Shown here: one piece after another, positions 39,384-52,599 of the stretch
How positions within the stretch are numbered: position 1 is the first letter of the stretch
Layout of the letters: every line of letters starts with the position of its first letter
NCBI RefSeq assembly: GCF_006345805.1
Contig: NW_021834872.1
Coordinates: 1 to 59,751 of the forward strand
Source of the DNA: Octopus sinensis
Lineage: Eukaryota
Direction: 5' to 3'
DNA: 59,751 bases
Notes under the pieces: model-generated
What the model was told of the DNA's origin: nothing
The model's input: the letters and a program-made list of their open reading frames with translations, nothing else
Database searches by the model: none
Program-made: the position numbers and the translations under genes

Positions 39384-39943
39384 TATATATTCACACATGA
39401 TGTACATATATATACATTATGTATATATGTATGTATGTATATATATGTATATGTGGTTTGTGTGTGTGTGTGTATGTATGTATATGTATATTACACGCAG
39501 GCTTTAGGCAAATACAGACTCCTACATACGTATAACAAATGTTACAAACAATCTGTGTAAGTTAGAACTTGGTTGCTATCGAATGCGTTATTTGAGGATA
39601 TATACATATATATATAAATATATATATAACTATATATATAAATATATATATTATATATATATATATATAAATATATATATAAATATATATATAAATATAT
39701 ATATAAATATATATATAAATATATATATATATTATATATATATATATATATTATATATATAGTGTGTGTGTGTGTGTGGTGTGTGTGTGTGTGTGTGTGT
39801 GTGTGTCTATTCATAATCACTATCATCATCATTCTTATTTATTGATCGTAGTGGCAGAAATGTCAAAGACTGAAACAAAATTTGGATCACAGAACTAAAT
39901 CGAACCTAATTAAAATTTGCTAATTCCTGTGGTGGTTTCTTTT

Positions 39944-39997
<54 letters not shown>

Positions 39998-40037
39998 TGT
40001 GTGTAGAAACATGCATACATATGTATATTTGTATTTA

Positions 40038-40073
<36 letters not shown>

Positions 40074-40227
40074 GCAAAGTTTGTATCATTGTGGATGCAT
40101 GTTTGTGTGTGTCCGCCGGTGTGTGTGTGTGTGCATGTGTGAGTGTGTGTGTGTGTGTGTGTGTATGTGTGTGTGTGTGTGTATGTGTGTGTGTATGTGT
40201 TAACGTGTTTTTGTTTGTATTCTTTTA

Positions 40228-40651
40228 TTCCTTTGCACTTTTTCTCCCGTCAGTGATTTGACTGCGGCCATGATGGAGCACCGCCTTTAGTCGAACAAAT
40301 GACTCCAGGACCTATGCTTTGTAAGCCTAGTACTCATTCCATCGTTCTCTTTGGGCGTAACCGCTAATGTACGGGGACATAAGCACACCAACATCGGTTG
40401 TCAAGCGATGGTGGGGGAGGGTCAGACACCGACCCACAAACATACACACATACATACATATGTGTGTGTGTGTGTGTGCATATATATATATATATAAGGG
40501 GGCTACATTTAGTATCCGTCTACCAAATCCACTAAGAAGGCTTTGGTCGACCCGAAGATACTTGCTCAAAGAGTCACGCAGTGGGACTGAACCCGGAACC
40601 ATGTGGTTGAGAAGCAAGTTTCTAACCCCACAGTCCCGTCTGCGGCGCCTA
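40228..40651 (-). mobile_element. SINE family A copy
   Basis: TTTGACTGCGGCCATGATGGAGCACCGCCTTTAGTCGA...ACATCGGTTGTCAAGC...ACGCAGTGGGACTGAACCCGGAACCATGTGGTTG. Confidence 0.85.
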
Positions 40652-40839
40652 TACATACTTGTCACATATAACCATCGCTGGTGCTACAACTAATAATTCC
40701 ACTACTACTACTACAACTGCTACTACAACAACAACAACTACTACTATACTACTACTACTACTACTACTATACTACTACTACTACTACTTAACGTGTATTT
40801 ACATAGAAACGTGTTACGTATTTACATAGAAATGTTACG

Positions 40840-40874
<35 letters not shown>

Positions 40875-41249
40875 TTAGAAGAAATTTGTTACAGCTTCTT
40901 TAACATGGCCCAGCAAATAATTTTTTTGTTTTCTTTTTATATTATTTTACGCTTGTTTTTCTTTTCTGGTTGTCTTCATTTCGGATATTATTTTTTTCCT
41001 TGGTCCACGGGTGTGTGGGTGCATATCCAGGACAGTGTTTCATTGATGTGTGTGTGTGTGTATGTGTGTATGTCCATGTGTGTATGTGTTCATGTATGTT
41101 TATGTTTGGGATTGCTTGTGGAGATGGCGTGGCCATGGAGAATGGTACACCAGTCACTTTCCTTAGAAGCGGAACATCATTCCTGATTTGCTGTACCGCT
41201 CCACTGCAGTTTCTCTACATATTGTTATAATAATAAAAATAAAAATGAA

Positions 41250-41280
<31 letters not shown>

Positions 41281-41288
41281 TACTATAC

Positions 41289-41330
<42 letters not shown>

Positions 41331-41381
41331 TAATAATAATAATAATAAAAATAAAAATAATAATAATAATAATAAGAATAA

Positions 41382-41413
<32 letters not shown>

Positions 41414-41666
41414 ATAATATTGGTAATAATATAAGTAGTAGTAGTAGTTGGTATAATAACAACAACATTGATCGGAATACGGATCAGGAAATCTGGAAAG
41501 AAATATATACGCTAGACACTAAATGGTGGTGGTGGGGGGGAGGTGTGGAACGAGACAGTAAAAATACTAAATCGCAAATGATAGATATATAAATAAAATT
41601 GAATAGCATTCATATTTTTAGCTAGGCTTGTGTCTTTGTGTGTATGTGTATTCATATATGTATATG

Positions 41667-41705
<39 letters not shown>

Positions 41706-41882
41706 CATATATATATATTTGCGTATATATATATATAATATATAATACCAATTGAAAGCATATCTAGTAATCTGTGTGTGTATCTATCTAATATACATAT
41801 TATATATACACTCATATATATTTGCATATATATATATATATATTATATTATAATAATTACGAATTAAAAGCATATCTAGTAA

Positions 41883-41949
<67 letters not shown>

Positions 41950-41971
41950 AGATAGATGGATAGATAGATAT

Positions 41972-42061
<90 letters not shown>

Positions 42062-42389
42062 GCTGTTTGTGTGAGTGTGTGTCTGTTTGTTGTATTACTT
42101 CACGGCCCGTAATACGAAGCCTCGAAATACGGATATCGTTAAAATATGTACCTGACCGATATAAGAATTGGGGCTGAACTGTTCGATTAAAATGCTTGAA
42201 GGATTTGCTCATGCATGGCCACAGTTCAAAGACTAAAACCAGGAACAGAATAAGAGAACACATATGTATGACTGCAAACTGTTAGATACACACCCACGAA
42301 CACACGCGCACACACACATATACACATACACTCATATATAACATATACGCGCGCATATTATATATACATATACACATGTATATATATAT

Positions 42390-42433
<44 letters not shown>

Positions 42434-42501
42434 TAATATATATATACATATATAATGTATATACATATATACATAGATATATATATATATATATATATAG
42501 G

Positions 42502-42569
<68 letters not shown>

Positions 42570-43138
42570 GAAATATATGTATGTTTATTGGAGGTAGTGA
42601 CTTCGAAGACTCTCCCTGTTACACATGGTCGAACTGTCCCACGAAAGCTATTAGGCCGAAGCTTCCAAGTTGCATATACCCTTTTTCTAGTATGTGTATA
42701 ACAGATGTGTAATCTACAAAACTGGAGCAATTCCTCAGTTTAATGTTAAATTGCTTTTATCCTAACCATTTTAGAACACACGCAACAAATATCACGTTAT
42801 ATATTATATTAAGTATATAGTATACAGTATACATGTATACGTATATGTATATATATATATATATATATAAACGCTAACCGCGAAGTCATTGACTGCCAAC
42901 AATTAACAGCTGCAAAAACACTAATTGTGTGTGCTATTCGGCGTAGTTATCAAATATACACATGCCTTAGCGTCTATGTGTGTGTATGTATATGCATACA
43001 TATACATATGCACATGTGTGCATGTATATATATATTATATTATATATATATACAATATACTATAATATATCTGTGTATATATACATATATATATATATGT
43101 ATAGACGCAATAGATATATATGTATATATATATATATA

Positions 43139-43195
<57 letters not shown>

Positions 43196-43271
43196 TGTAT
43201 GTAATATATATGTATGCATACACGCGCTCACACACGTGTGTACGATATTAACACATACATACAATTATACA

Positions 43272-43312
<41 letters not shown>

Positions 43313-43450
43313 ATATATATTATATATATATATATTAACGCGTGTGTGTCTAAGTTGCAGTTTAATATATCTTCTTTTGGTGATTGTGTTGTGTGTTGTA
43401 TATTTTTTCTCTGTATCCATGTGTTTGTTCGTGTGCGTTCGGCTGTGTGC

Positions 43451-43742
43451 GTGGCTATGGGGTAAGTCGCTTCATTACCAACCACATGGCTCCGGGTCCA
43501 GCCCCACTGCGTGTCACCCTGGGCAAGTGTCTTCTACTATTATGCTTCGTGCCGAAGAAAAACAACCTTTTGAGTGGATTTGTTAGACAGAAATAAAAGA
43601 AGACCTTCGTATGTAAGTACGTATGTTTTTATGTAGTTGTATGTATGTATGTATGTATGTATGTATGTATAGTATGTATGTATGTATGTTATGTATTATT
43701 TATGTATATATATATATATATATAATATATTTATATATATAT

Positions 43743-43774
<32 letters not shown>

Positions 43775-43997
43775 CATGTATGTATGTATATGCTTGTTTC
43801 TACGTATGTCCCCCACCATAGCTTGATAACCGATGTTGTTGTGTTTACATCTCCGTAACCTAGCGGTTCGGCAAAGGAGAACGTATTGGAATATCAAGCT
43901 TACAAAAGATAAGTCCTGGGGTCGATTTCTTCGACTAAAGGCAATGCCCCAGCAAGGCCACAGTCACATGACTGAAGCAAATAAAAGAAGAAAAGAA
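43451..43997 (+). mobile_element. SINE family A copy with an expanded internal (TATG)/(TA) tract
   Basis: ACCAACCACATGGCTCCGGG...CCCACTGCGTG...GGGCAAGTGTCTTCTACTAT...GCGGTTCGGCAAAGGAG...CCTGGGGTCGATT. Confidence 0.8.
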
Positions 43998-45058
43998 GAT
44001 ATATATATATACGTATGTATACACATGCGTTTACAATGCGTGTGCATGCGCGTAAGTGTATATGTCTATGCATGCACTTTTGAATGTCTCAATGATGTAT
44101 CTATCCGTCTCTGTATGTTAAGTGTGTGTGTATGTGAGTATGTGTATATATATATATGTGTGTGTAAGTATTTTATGTGCTAGGGTGTGTGTATTTCTGT
44201 GTACACGCGTGTTTTTATCTGTGTGTGTATTTGTGAAGTTTTAAATGTTGTGTGCTTCTGTCTACAAGATGTATATGTATGTGGGCGTGTAGAATAAAAG
44301 TACTCGCGTGTGCGAATCTCTGTGTGTCCGTGTGAATGTCCAATCTTTGTATCTAAGTGTGTACAAAGTTGTGTGCATGCGTGTATGTGTGTGTGTGCGT
44401 GTTTACTTGTGAAGCCTTGAGTATTATTTATGTGTGTGTGAGTATCTTTCTCTCTCTGTCTCTCTCTCTCTGAGCCAGATGTGTGCGTATGTGTCTGCGT
44501 GTGTACGTGTGTCTCTTTGTATGTACATATAAGCACGAGTCTGTGCATTTGTGCGTACTTGTAAAGGTCTGAGCGTTACAACTCTGTGCGTCGCTGTATA
44601 GAGGGCGTGTGTTTGTGTGAGCCTGTGCACGTGTGTCTGTGCGTATACAATTTGCGTATTTTTCCAGTGGACGCCTTTTCTAGTTGCACCGTTGATTGCA
44701 GTCAGTGAAGCGAACAGGAGAACATACGGAAGAGAGGAGAAAGTGAATCAATTCTATTAAAGACAGAGAAAGAAAGGAGAGAAAGAAAAGAGGAAAAGGA
44801 GAGAAAGAGGTGACCTACACACATACAAGCATGTATATATGTATGTATATATATATATATATATATATATTAATATATATATGCATATATACACACGTAA
44901 AGCACAAACATGTATATATATTTACATATATATTCTCGCGTGTGCGTATATAGTTATATATCGACGCGTACATGCCCATGTATGTGTGTATGTATATATA
45001 TATATATATATAAGTATATTCATATTCATGCACGTATGTGTATGCATATATCTATCTA

Positions 45059-45094
<36 letters not shown>

Positions 45095-45271
45095 CGTACA
45101 TGTGTGTGTTCGTGCGTGCGCATGTGTGTGTCACTGTGTGTGTATCTGTGTGTGTGCGTGCTCGCGTGTGTAAACACATGCAAATGAGTAAGTACTAAAT
45201 ATAAACATATGAATTAGTGTAAAATGAAATAGAGATGCAGAGAAAATGAATAACTAATAATAATAATAATA

Positions 45272-45342
<71 letters not shown>

Positions 45343-45487
45343 CGTAATAATAATAATAATGGCTGTGTCGTGTGGGTGGGGACAACCACATACAACCTGT
45401 GTCTTGGATGTAGCACCACGAAGATTAGGAACACCGCTTATAATCATGTGATTGATGGTTGAATTGAATGGGAACCCCACAGCTCTT

Positions 45488-45770
45488 GATGATGATGATG
45501 ACGTCGACGATGATGATGACGTCGACGATGATGATGACGTCGACGATGATGATGGTCGTGATGATGATGACGTCGACGATGATGATGACGTCGACGATGA
45601 TGATGACGCCGACGATGATGATGACGTCGACGATGATGATGGTCGTGATGATGATGACGTCGACGATGATGATGACGTCGACGATGATGATGACGTCGAC
45701 GATGATGATGGTCGTGATGATGATGATGATATTGATGATGATGATGTTAATGATAATGATGACGTCAACG
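45488..45770 (+). repeat. CpG-rich minisatellite with higher-order structure (18-mer GATGATGATGACGTCGAC x10; 15-mer GATGATGATGGTCGT x3)
   Basis: Blocks of 3, 4 and 3 18-mers, each closed by the 15-mer; one 18-mer has GCC instead of GTC. Confidence 0.95.
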
Positions 45771-47929
45771 ATGGCGGCGTCAACTACAATTGCAACTACG
45801 ATGACGAAGGTGATGATGATGATGAGGATGGAGTGTGCTATTGACGAAGGACGGCGTGGATGATGATAACTGTGATGAGGATTACGACAAATTTCCATCT
45901 CTGTTTAGCTCTATGTCAGCTCTGATTCAATACTCTTATACCTTATAGTACTCCAACCATGACCATCTTCATTTATTCCAAGACAATATTGTATAATTTG
46001 GTATGAACTTTTTTATACGCCTTGAGATGAAATATGAGGAAAATTTTTAGGCTATTTCGAGCAGGTTCTACGTCTCGCTTCGTAAGTTGGGCTTGTTTGT
46101 GGTAATGCTTTTCCTTGTTCACCTGGCTTTGATTCGTCCCAAGTCATTCTTCACAAGCAGACAGACATACGATCAAATTTCCGACCTGGCCATCCTGTAT
46201 TATTCAGAAGTACTATATCAAAGATTGCAACCCTTCATTTTGAAGTGAATATTTGAGGGAGATTTGCTTGCTATTTCCAACAGATCCGTCATCGACCAGG
46301 AACGCTTTTCACTCTTGTGTCCATTTGCTTTTTGAATGCAAGCCGTCTCTACTTAGACATTCCCATTCTCAAAGTTTTTCCAACCAAAAGTATTCCTGTT
46401 ATTGAAAATGACTTACTATTGCAATAGTATGCCATTATCTAATGTGAGAATTTGCTGTCATTTCTAGTACACTAAATGGCCACACGTCAAAACTTGTGTT
46501 GACGCGAGGGAACCTATTGTATGTATTTTGTGCACCTTGTAGTATATAAATGTTTTAGTAGAATGAGTAATACGTGCGAGGGGTCGATTGCCAGAAACCA
46601 TTAGTGCCTCAGACGAAGAATATTGCTTTCTGTATTCGGGGTTCAAATCTTACCAAATTCAAAGTTGTTTTAGTATCCTTCTTGGGTCGATAATTTAATC
46701 ATTGATACGTTAAAAGCGTCTTGTTTCAATGCAATACAGATCATGCTATATAGATTATCTACTGTATCGTTCTTTTCCATTTTTCTCCCTTTTAGGTTGT
46801 AACGTAAAAATGGAGGAAAATATATTTTAATTATAGAAGGACGATCGATCCCGGACAAAAAATTCCCGTTGTTGCTTTTCCGCGTCGCTTTGGATTCTGT
46901 CCCACTGCGAGGCACCCTGGGTAAATGTCTTCTATGATTTAGAACAAACGGTAAAATTTTGTCATACTAGTACTCGGAGTTTCGAATGTCGGAGTGATGA
47001 TCTATTATCATAGGCTATTAATGGCAACAGATGCTATGAAAAACCGTTAGATAAAAGGGAAGTAACTCTAATAGGTGGGAAAAGAAAAAAAAAGAAAAAA
47101 TACACGCAATACATAGACACAAGCAATCACACACACACATACACATATAATATAAAGGAAGAATTCGCCTTTTATAGAGATTTATAAACGTTTATTTTTC
47201 TTTATACATCTATCATGCGGAGAGAAATACGTTTCGTATCCTTAAAGACTCACTCCATTTTTTGAAAGACAATGTAGTGAATGATACACACACACACACA
47301 AAACACACAATCACATACACACACTCGCACGCAAACAGACAAACGCACAGACACGTACACAAACCCAAGCACGCGTAATAAATAGATGGAGAAATAATTC
47401 ACAAAGGCCCTGTTACAAGGGAGCAATATGTTTAATATTGCATTTCCTCTAACATATATTTTAAGGTAAAGTTCATAGGTAGACACCTATGTAGAGAGAG
47501 GAATATCGATATGTGTGTTCCTCTGTGTGTGTATGTGTGTATGAAGAGAAAGGGAGTGAAATACGCAAGTGCAAACACACACACGCACTTAGACATACCT
47601 ATATACACACATATGTATGTATATATATATATATATACATACAAACACACAATCATAAACAAAGAGAGAGGTTGGTGAAGAGAGGAAGAAGGGAAGAGAC
47701 TCCCTAACTGACAGAGAAGCATATGGACGGAGAGAAATGTAGACGTTCTTAATACATTGAAGAAGCAGTAACGCTGGAATCATATCTCAATCTTAAGATG
47801 TACCTTGAGATATAAGAATTTCCCGTGTTTTTAACACTGAGCAAGACAGAAGTCAAATATCAATATATAACACATCTTCTCAGGGAAGATATCAATCAAA
47901 TGTAAATACAGACAAGTAATACAGCTACT

Positions 47930-48063
47930 GGAATATAATAATAATAATAACAGTAATAATAATGATGATGATAATAATAAAAATAAAAATAATCATAATA
48001 ATAATAATAATAATAATAATAATTATAATAATAATAATAATGATAATAATAATAATAATAATA

Positions 48064-48095
<32 letters not shown>

Positions 48096-48168
48096 CATAG
48101 TAATGATGATGATGATGATGATGATGGTGGTGGTGATGATGATGATGATGATAATGATAATAATAATG

Positions 48169-48257
<89 letters not shown>

Positions 48258-48302
48258 TGTCACTACAAATATAATAATAATAAAAAATGTCACTACAAAT
48301 AT
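47930..48302. repeat. Compound (AAT)/(ATT)/(GAT)/(AAT) microsatellite with terminal ~30-bp duplication
   Basis: Polarity switch AATAAT-TATTAT near 48064; AAAATGTCACTACAAATAT occurs twice in 48255-48302. Confidence 0.9.
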
Positions 48303-48483
48303 GAAGATAAATAAATTCTTCAGTTCATTTTTCTGTCTGCGGGATGAAGAAAATGTCGAGGAGCTGTGACTCTATTTTACCAAATGAGGAAAGAATTTTC
48401 TCAAATCTCGAAACGTTATGTGAGAATCCAAAGAACTTCATAGAATAATCGAACAACGGGATCTTTAATAAAGATCAGAAATA

Positions 48484-48600
48484 GTTGTGTAGTTAAGAAG
48501 CTCGTATTTTGAACTACGTGGTACTAGGTTCAGTCCCATTGAACAGTACCTTAGAATCTTCTACTATAACGCGTATCAGCGAGCAATGACTTTCGAGTAA
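48484..48600 (+). mobile_element. Diverged family A-related SINE head
   Basis: TGTGTAGTTAAGAAGCTCG...GGTTCAGTCCCATTG...TCTTCTACTATA. Confidence 0.55.
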
Positions 48601-48766
48601 ATTTGGTTGACGGAGACCGTGTGGATGATCTGTTAGTAATCATTATTATACAATTGAAGTAAAGCAGATTAAACAATAAGTATAGGCATAGAAAGGCCGA
48701 AGTGTTAAAGAGATTTTTTAGATATTCGGTCACGTGATCTGAAAGATCTCAGTAATAACGTTAGAC

Positions 48767-49082
48767 CAATGGTTCTCAATCTGAGTCCATGTGGCACCCG
48801 AGATCCATATACAACAAAATACTATATCGGGCATCTGCAATAGTAGTTTAAGGACGTGTGGTTAAAACTTTTGCTTTAGATATATGCGAGAAATCGCTGT
48901 GTTCTTTTCTCTTTCATTTTACCGAGTTCAACCTACAGAAGTTTATGTTTGAAAAACAATATAGGAATTTAGAACCAACTTTATTTAAAACTAGTTTTTA
49001 AACATCGAATGGCTCTGGGGATCAACCAGAATATAATAGTAATCAAAAGGATCCATAGATTAAAAACGGTTGAGAACCCCTA
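48767..49082. mobile_element. hAT-type MITE with 8-bp TSD
   Basis: Termini CAATGGTTCTCAA / TTGAGAACCCCTA; perfect TSD CGTTAGAC at 48759-48766 and 49083-49090. An 8-bp TSD with CAGTGGTT-type TIRs is typical of hAT. Confidence 0.85.
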
Positions 49083-49119
49083 CGTTAGACGACAGATGCG
49101 TATCTTGGAGATCAGTGGA

Positions 49120-49340
49120 GCTCTGCTGGTCGAGCCTCTAATTCTTTGTATTGAAGGGACATAGCTCCGGCGTAATGAATATGTGATTAGAATATGGCAG
49201 GAAAGAACCGGTAAAGAAATACTTCAAGCTGTGCCAAGTAGCAGGAAATGTAGACCAAGTCCGAGATTCTGGGATGATATCCAAAGTATCATTTGGTCAC
49301 GATTAGGAATTCAGCCGCACGTGAAATGATGGTTGCTTCT
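49120..49340 (+). mobile_element. Decayed RTE-like LINE 3' remnant
   Basis: VEPLILCIEGT*LRRNEYVIRIWQERTGKEILQAVPSSRKCRPSPRFWDDI resembles the VEPLLLRIERSQLRWFGHV.RM..ER...R..GRPR.RW.D.I RT C-terminus (recalled). Confidence 0.5.
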
Positions 49341-49570
49341 GATAGGACACTATGGGATATTGGGAGGGGAAAATGAGGTGTGCTCGAAATGAGGGGAATG
49401 CCTTAAATGAGGGGTAGATTGATGATCCGATAATTGATGAAGGGGCGTTCTTAGTGTTACTTGTCCTGTTTTAGATTTTCTCTCTCGTTGTTTGCTTATT
49501 TAACTCGCTTGTTTGAACTTAATATTGTTTACACATCTAAATTTGTTATTGCCTGTATACCTCGTGTAAT

Positions 49571-49647
<77 letters not shown>

Positions 49648-49671
49648 CTATCTATCTATCATCTATCTATA

Positions 49672-49714
<43 letters not shown>

Positions 49715-49726
49715 TATCTATATATA

Positions 49727-49757
<31 letters not shown>

Positions 49758-49976
49758 ATATTATCTTACAATGTATTAACTATATTTCATGCCGAATGGG
49801 ATTTTACCGGATATTTCTCAACAATTATGTAAAAAGTATGTGGTATTACAACCAAAGTATAATTGTAAGAATGAGATAAAAAGAATATCTCTAATATAGC
49901 AATATAAATAAAATACATGCATATTTAACATATTCATTATATCGAAAGCTACATTAATATAAACTCTAATTATATA

Positions 49977-50185
49977 CAAGGTGGGCTAAATGTCACGCAC
50001 CAAAACAGTCGACATTTTATATATAGTAAGTTAACATTATTATTCTCTTTGCTCGCCATGTACAAGTTGTGTGTATACATCATTATTTTAATTATTTTGT
50101 TCAATTTTAGGAAAAATTGAAGCATGTCTTTGAGAATTCCGGAGCGTATTGAACTTATTTTGTACGTCACTTTTGATCCACCCTG
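49977..50185. mobile_element. Tc1/mariner-type MITE
   Basis: Imperfect 24-bp TIRs (CAAGGTGGGCTAAATGTCACGCAC vs reverse complement CAGGGTGGATCAAAAGTGACGTAC; 7 mismatches), flanked by TA on both sides. Confidence 0.6.
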
Positions 50186-50497
50186 TATATTTCATAATTG
50201 TTCAAATGTCTATCACTATGTATGTAATTATACAGTTTTTCATAGACTCTTATATCATACTTATATATATATATATATATAATATATATATATATTACTT
50301 TTACATCATTGCTTTTCCTTTTCTAGTTCGAAAATCAATTATTTATTTATTTTTTTGTTTGCAACAAGTTGTTCGATATTACATATAAAACAAATATTTA
50401 TATAAAAAATATCAAACCAATAAATAATCAATGAATAATAATAATTATTATTATTAATATTATTATTATTATAAAGAAGAAGGAGAAGATGAAAAAC

Positions 50498-50544
<47 letters not shown>

Positions 50545-51043
50545 CAACAACAACAACAATAATAATAATAATAATCATAAATAATAATAATTAAAACTAG
50601 ACTGATTTTAATCAATAATGATCAATTAGTAATTTCATCCCCAAAAACCTGGCAAAAAATGTAATTAGTATTTATTTTTTCTTTTACTAGTTTATTTATT
50701 TATTATATTTTATTTTTCCTTAATTACTCAAGACCTACTGCTTTCCCATTTCCGTTAACCTTTAACCTGATTTTCAATAAAACGGGGAAATTAATCAGCG
50801 ATTCCGTAGAAAATTAAAATTTTAAGAGAGTAATTGTGATCACAAGATCATAGAAAATAGTATGGTGGTATTTCTTCTTCTTTTTTTCCTGTTATTTTTC
50901 TCTTAATTTTAAATATATTCTGTGGTTATGTACCTAGAAAGAAACCTGCCAAGAGAAGGTCTCTACCTTACTTCTAACTACGTGCTTTTTTTCAACCACA
51001 ACGTACAACACACAGAAACACGGACACACACAGAGACAAGCTG

Positions 51044-51074
<31 letters not shown>

Positions 51075-51353
51075 CAAACACACACCTATATATATAAAGG
51101 CAACTTACTGATATGTTATCAACGGATAAACAAATAATATACATGCATATGTACGTACGTTTATGCATATATGTTATATATATATATATATATACTATAA
51201 TATATATATATCTATATATACAACGGATGCCTCTGAAGAGAATAGGGTTACATAATCAGATTGTTACGTAACACTCTGTTAAAATCCTAGTGCGAAGCCG
51301 ATTTGTAAGATCGGCCGTAATAGATATGTAATACTGCACACTTCGATTGATAG

Positions 51354-51436
<83 letters not shown>

Positions 51437-51948
51437 ATACGTCAATAAAGAAAATGGAGGATACAAAACCACATACATCAGTCGGTAGACATTCTAGTAT
51501 GTCTACTTATTCCAATGTATTAGGATGTATTAGAAGAATATGTGCACACGTAATAACCATGTATTACATACACATGTGCTAAAATTACAGAATGGAGTGA
51601 AAGATCAGATTGTTAATAGGTACTGGTTCCTTACGGCCGTTTCTGCCAAGAGGTAATGAAATCCTCCATGCCATCTCCATCTCTTCAGTGTTCTGTACGG
51701 ATGGGCAGATATAGTTTAGATGATGAATGTTTCTCTAGGCTTCTTCTTAGGGTCTCAGTGGTTGGGAGGGCTAATACGCATAAGAAACAGTTAACAATAG
51801 GTACAGTGTGTTTGTCTTTTTAAAAAGGGCAGAAAAAGAATATGAGTAAGTATAAGAACAAATATGAGATATGGGTATTGAGATATGGGATATATACTCC
51901 ATTCCCTAATTTTCGATATGTATCTTTATATACTATCCTATCTATCTA

Positions 51949-51984
<36 letters not shown>

Positions 51985-51985
51985 A

Positions 51986-52033
<48 letters not shown>

Positions 52034-52045
52034 AATCTATCTATC

Positions 52046-52118
<73 letters not shown>

Positions 52119-52250
52119 TATCGATTAACCGGAAGCTTTTCAGTAACAGTATTGAGAATAATTTTCATAAGTCAGAAATGATTTAAATAAATAAGACCGG
52201 GATAATTTGGAATAATCTTGTGAAGTTTGCCATGACCTCATTGTATACAA

Positions 52251-52421
52251 TAGTGGTTCTCAACCGATGGCCATATGGCCCTCCGGGGTTCAAATAAGAT
52301 TTTGTTAAAATTTATGTGAAATAAAGTATTTCCTCTTCTACAATACCCGAAAACTTCAATCTATTTTTAAAAATACAATTCCTAATATATTTAACTAGAA
52401 AAAATACAGTAGGCTATATAT

Positions 52422-52485
<64 letters not shown>

Positions 52486-52570
52486 CATGAATGGCTATCA
52501 ATGGAGGTCCATGAGAGTAAAATAGGAATCAAAGGGCTCAATAAGTAAAAAAATAGTTTGAGAAATACAA
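52251..52570. mobile_element. Second, more diverged hAT-type MITE with an internal (TA)n expansion
   Basis: Left end TAGTGGTTCTCAACC, right end TTGAGAAATACAA; TSD GTATACAA (52243-52250) vs GTATAAAA (52571-52578), 7/8 match. Confidence 0.65.
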
Positions 52571-52599
52571 GTATAAAACATCTTCAACAGCAGCGACAT

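Noticed and set aside
45452-45844. 130-aa Asp-rich ORF as a real gene (e.g. acidic biomineralisation protein)
   Set aside because: All reading frames are open simply because the repeat has no stops; no signal peptide and no splice context. Kept only as a minisatellite finding.
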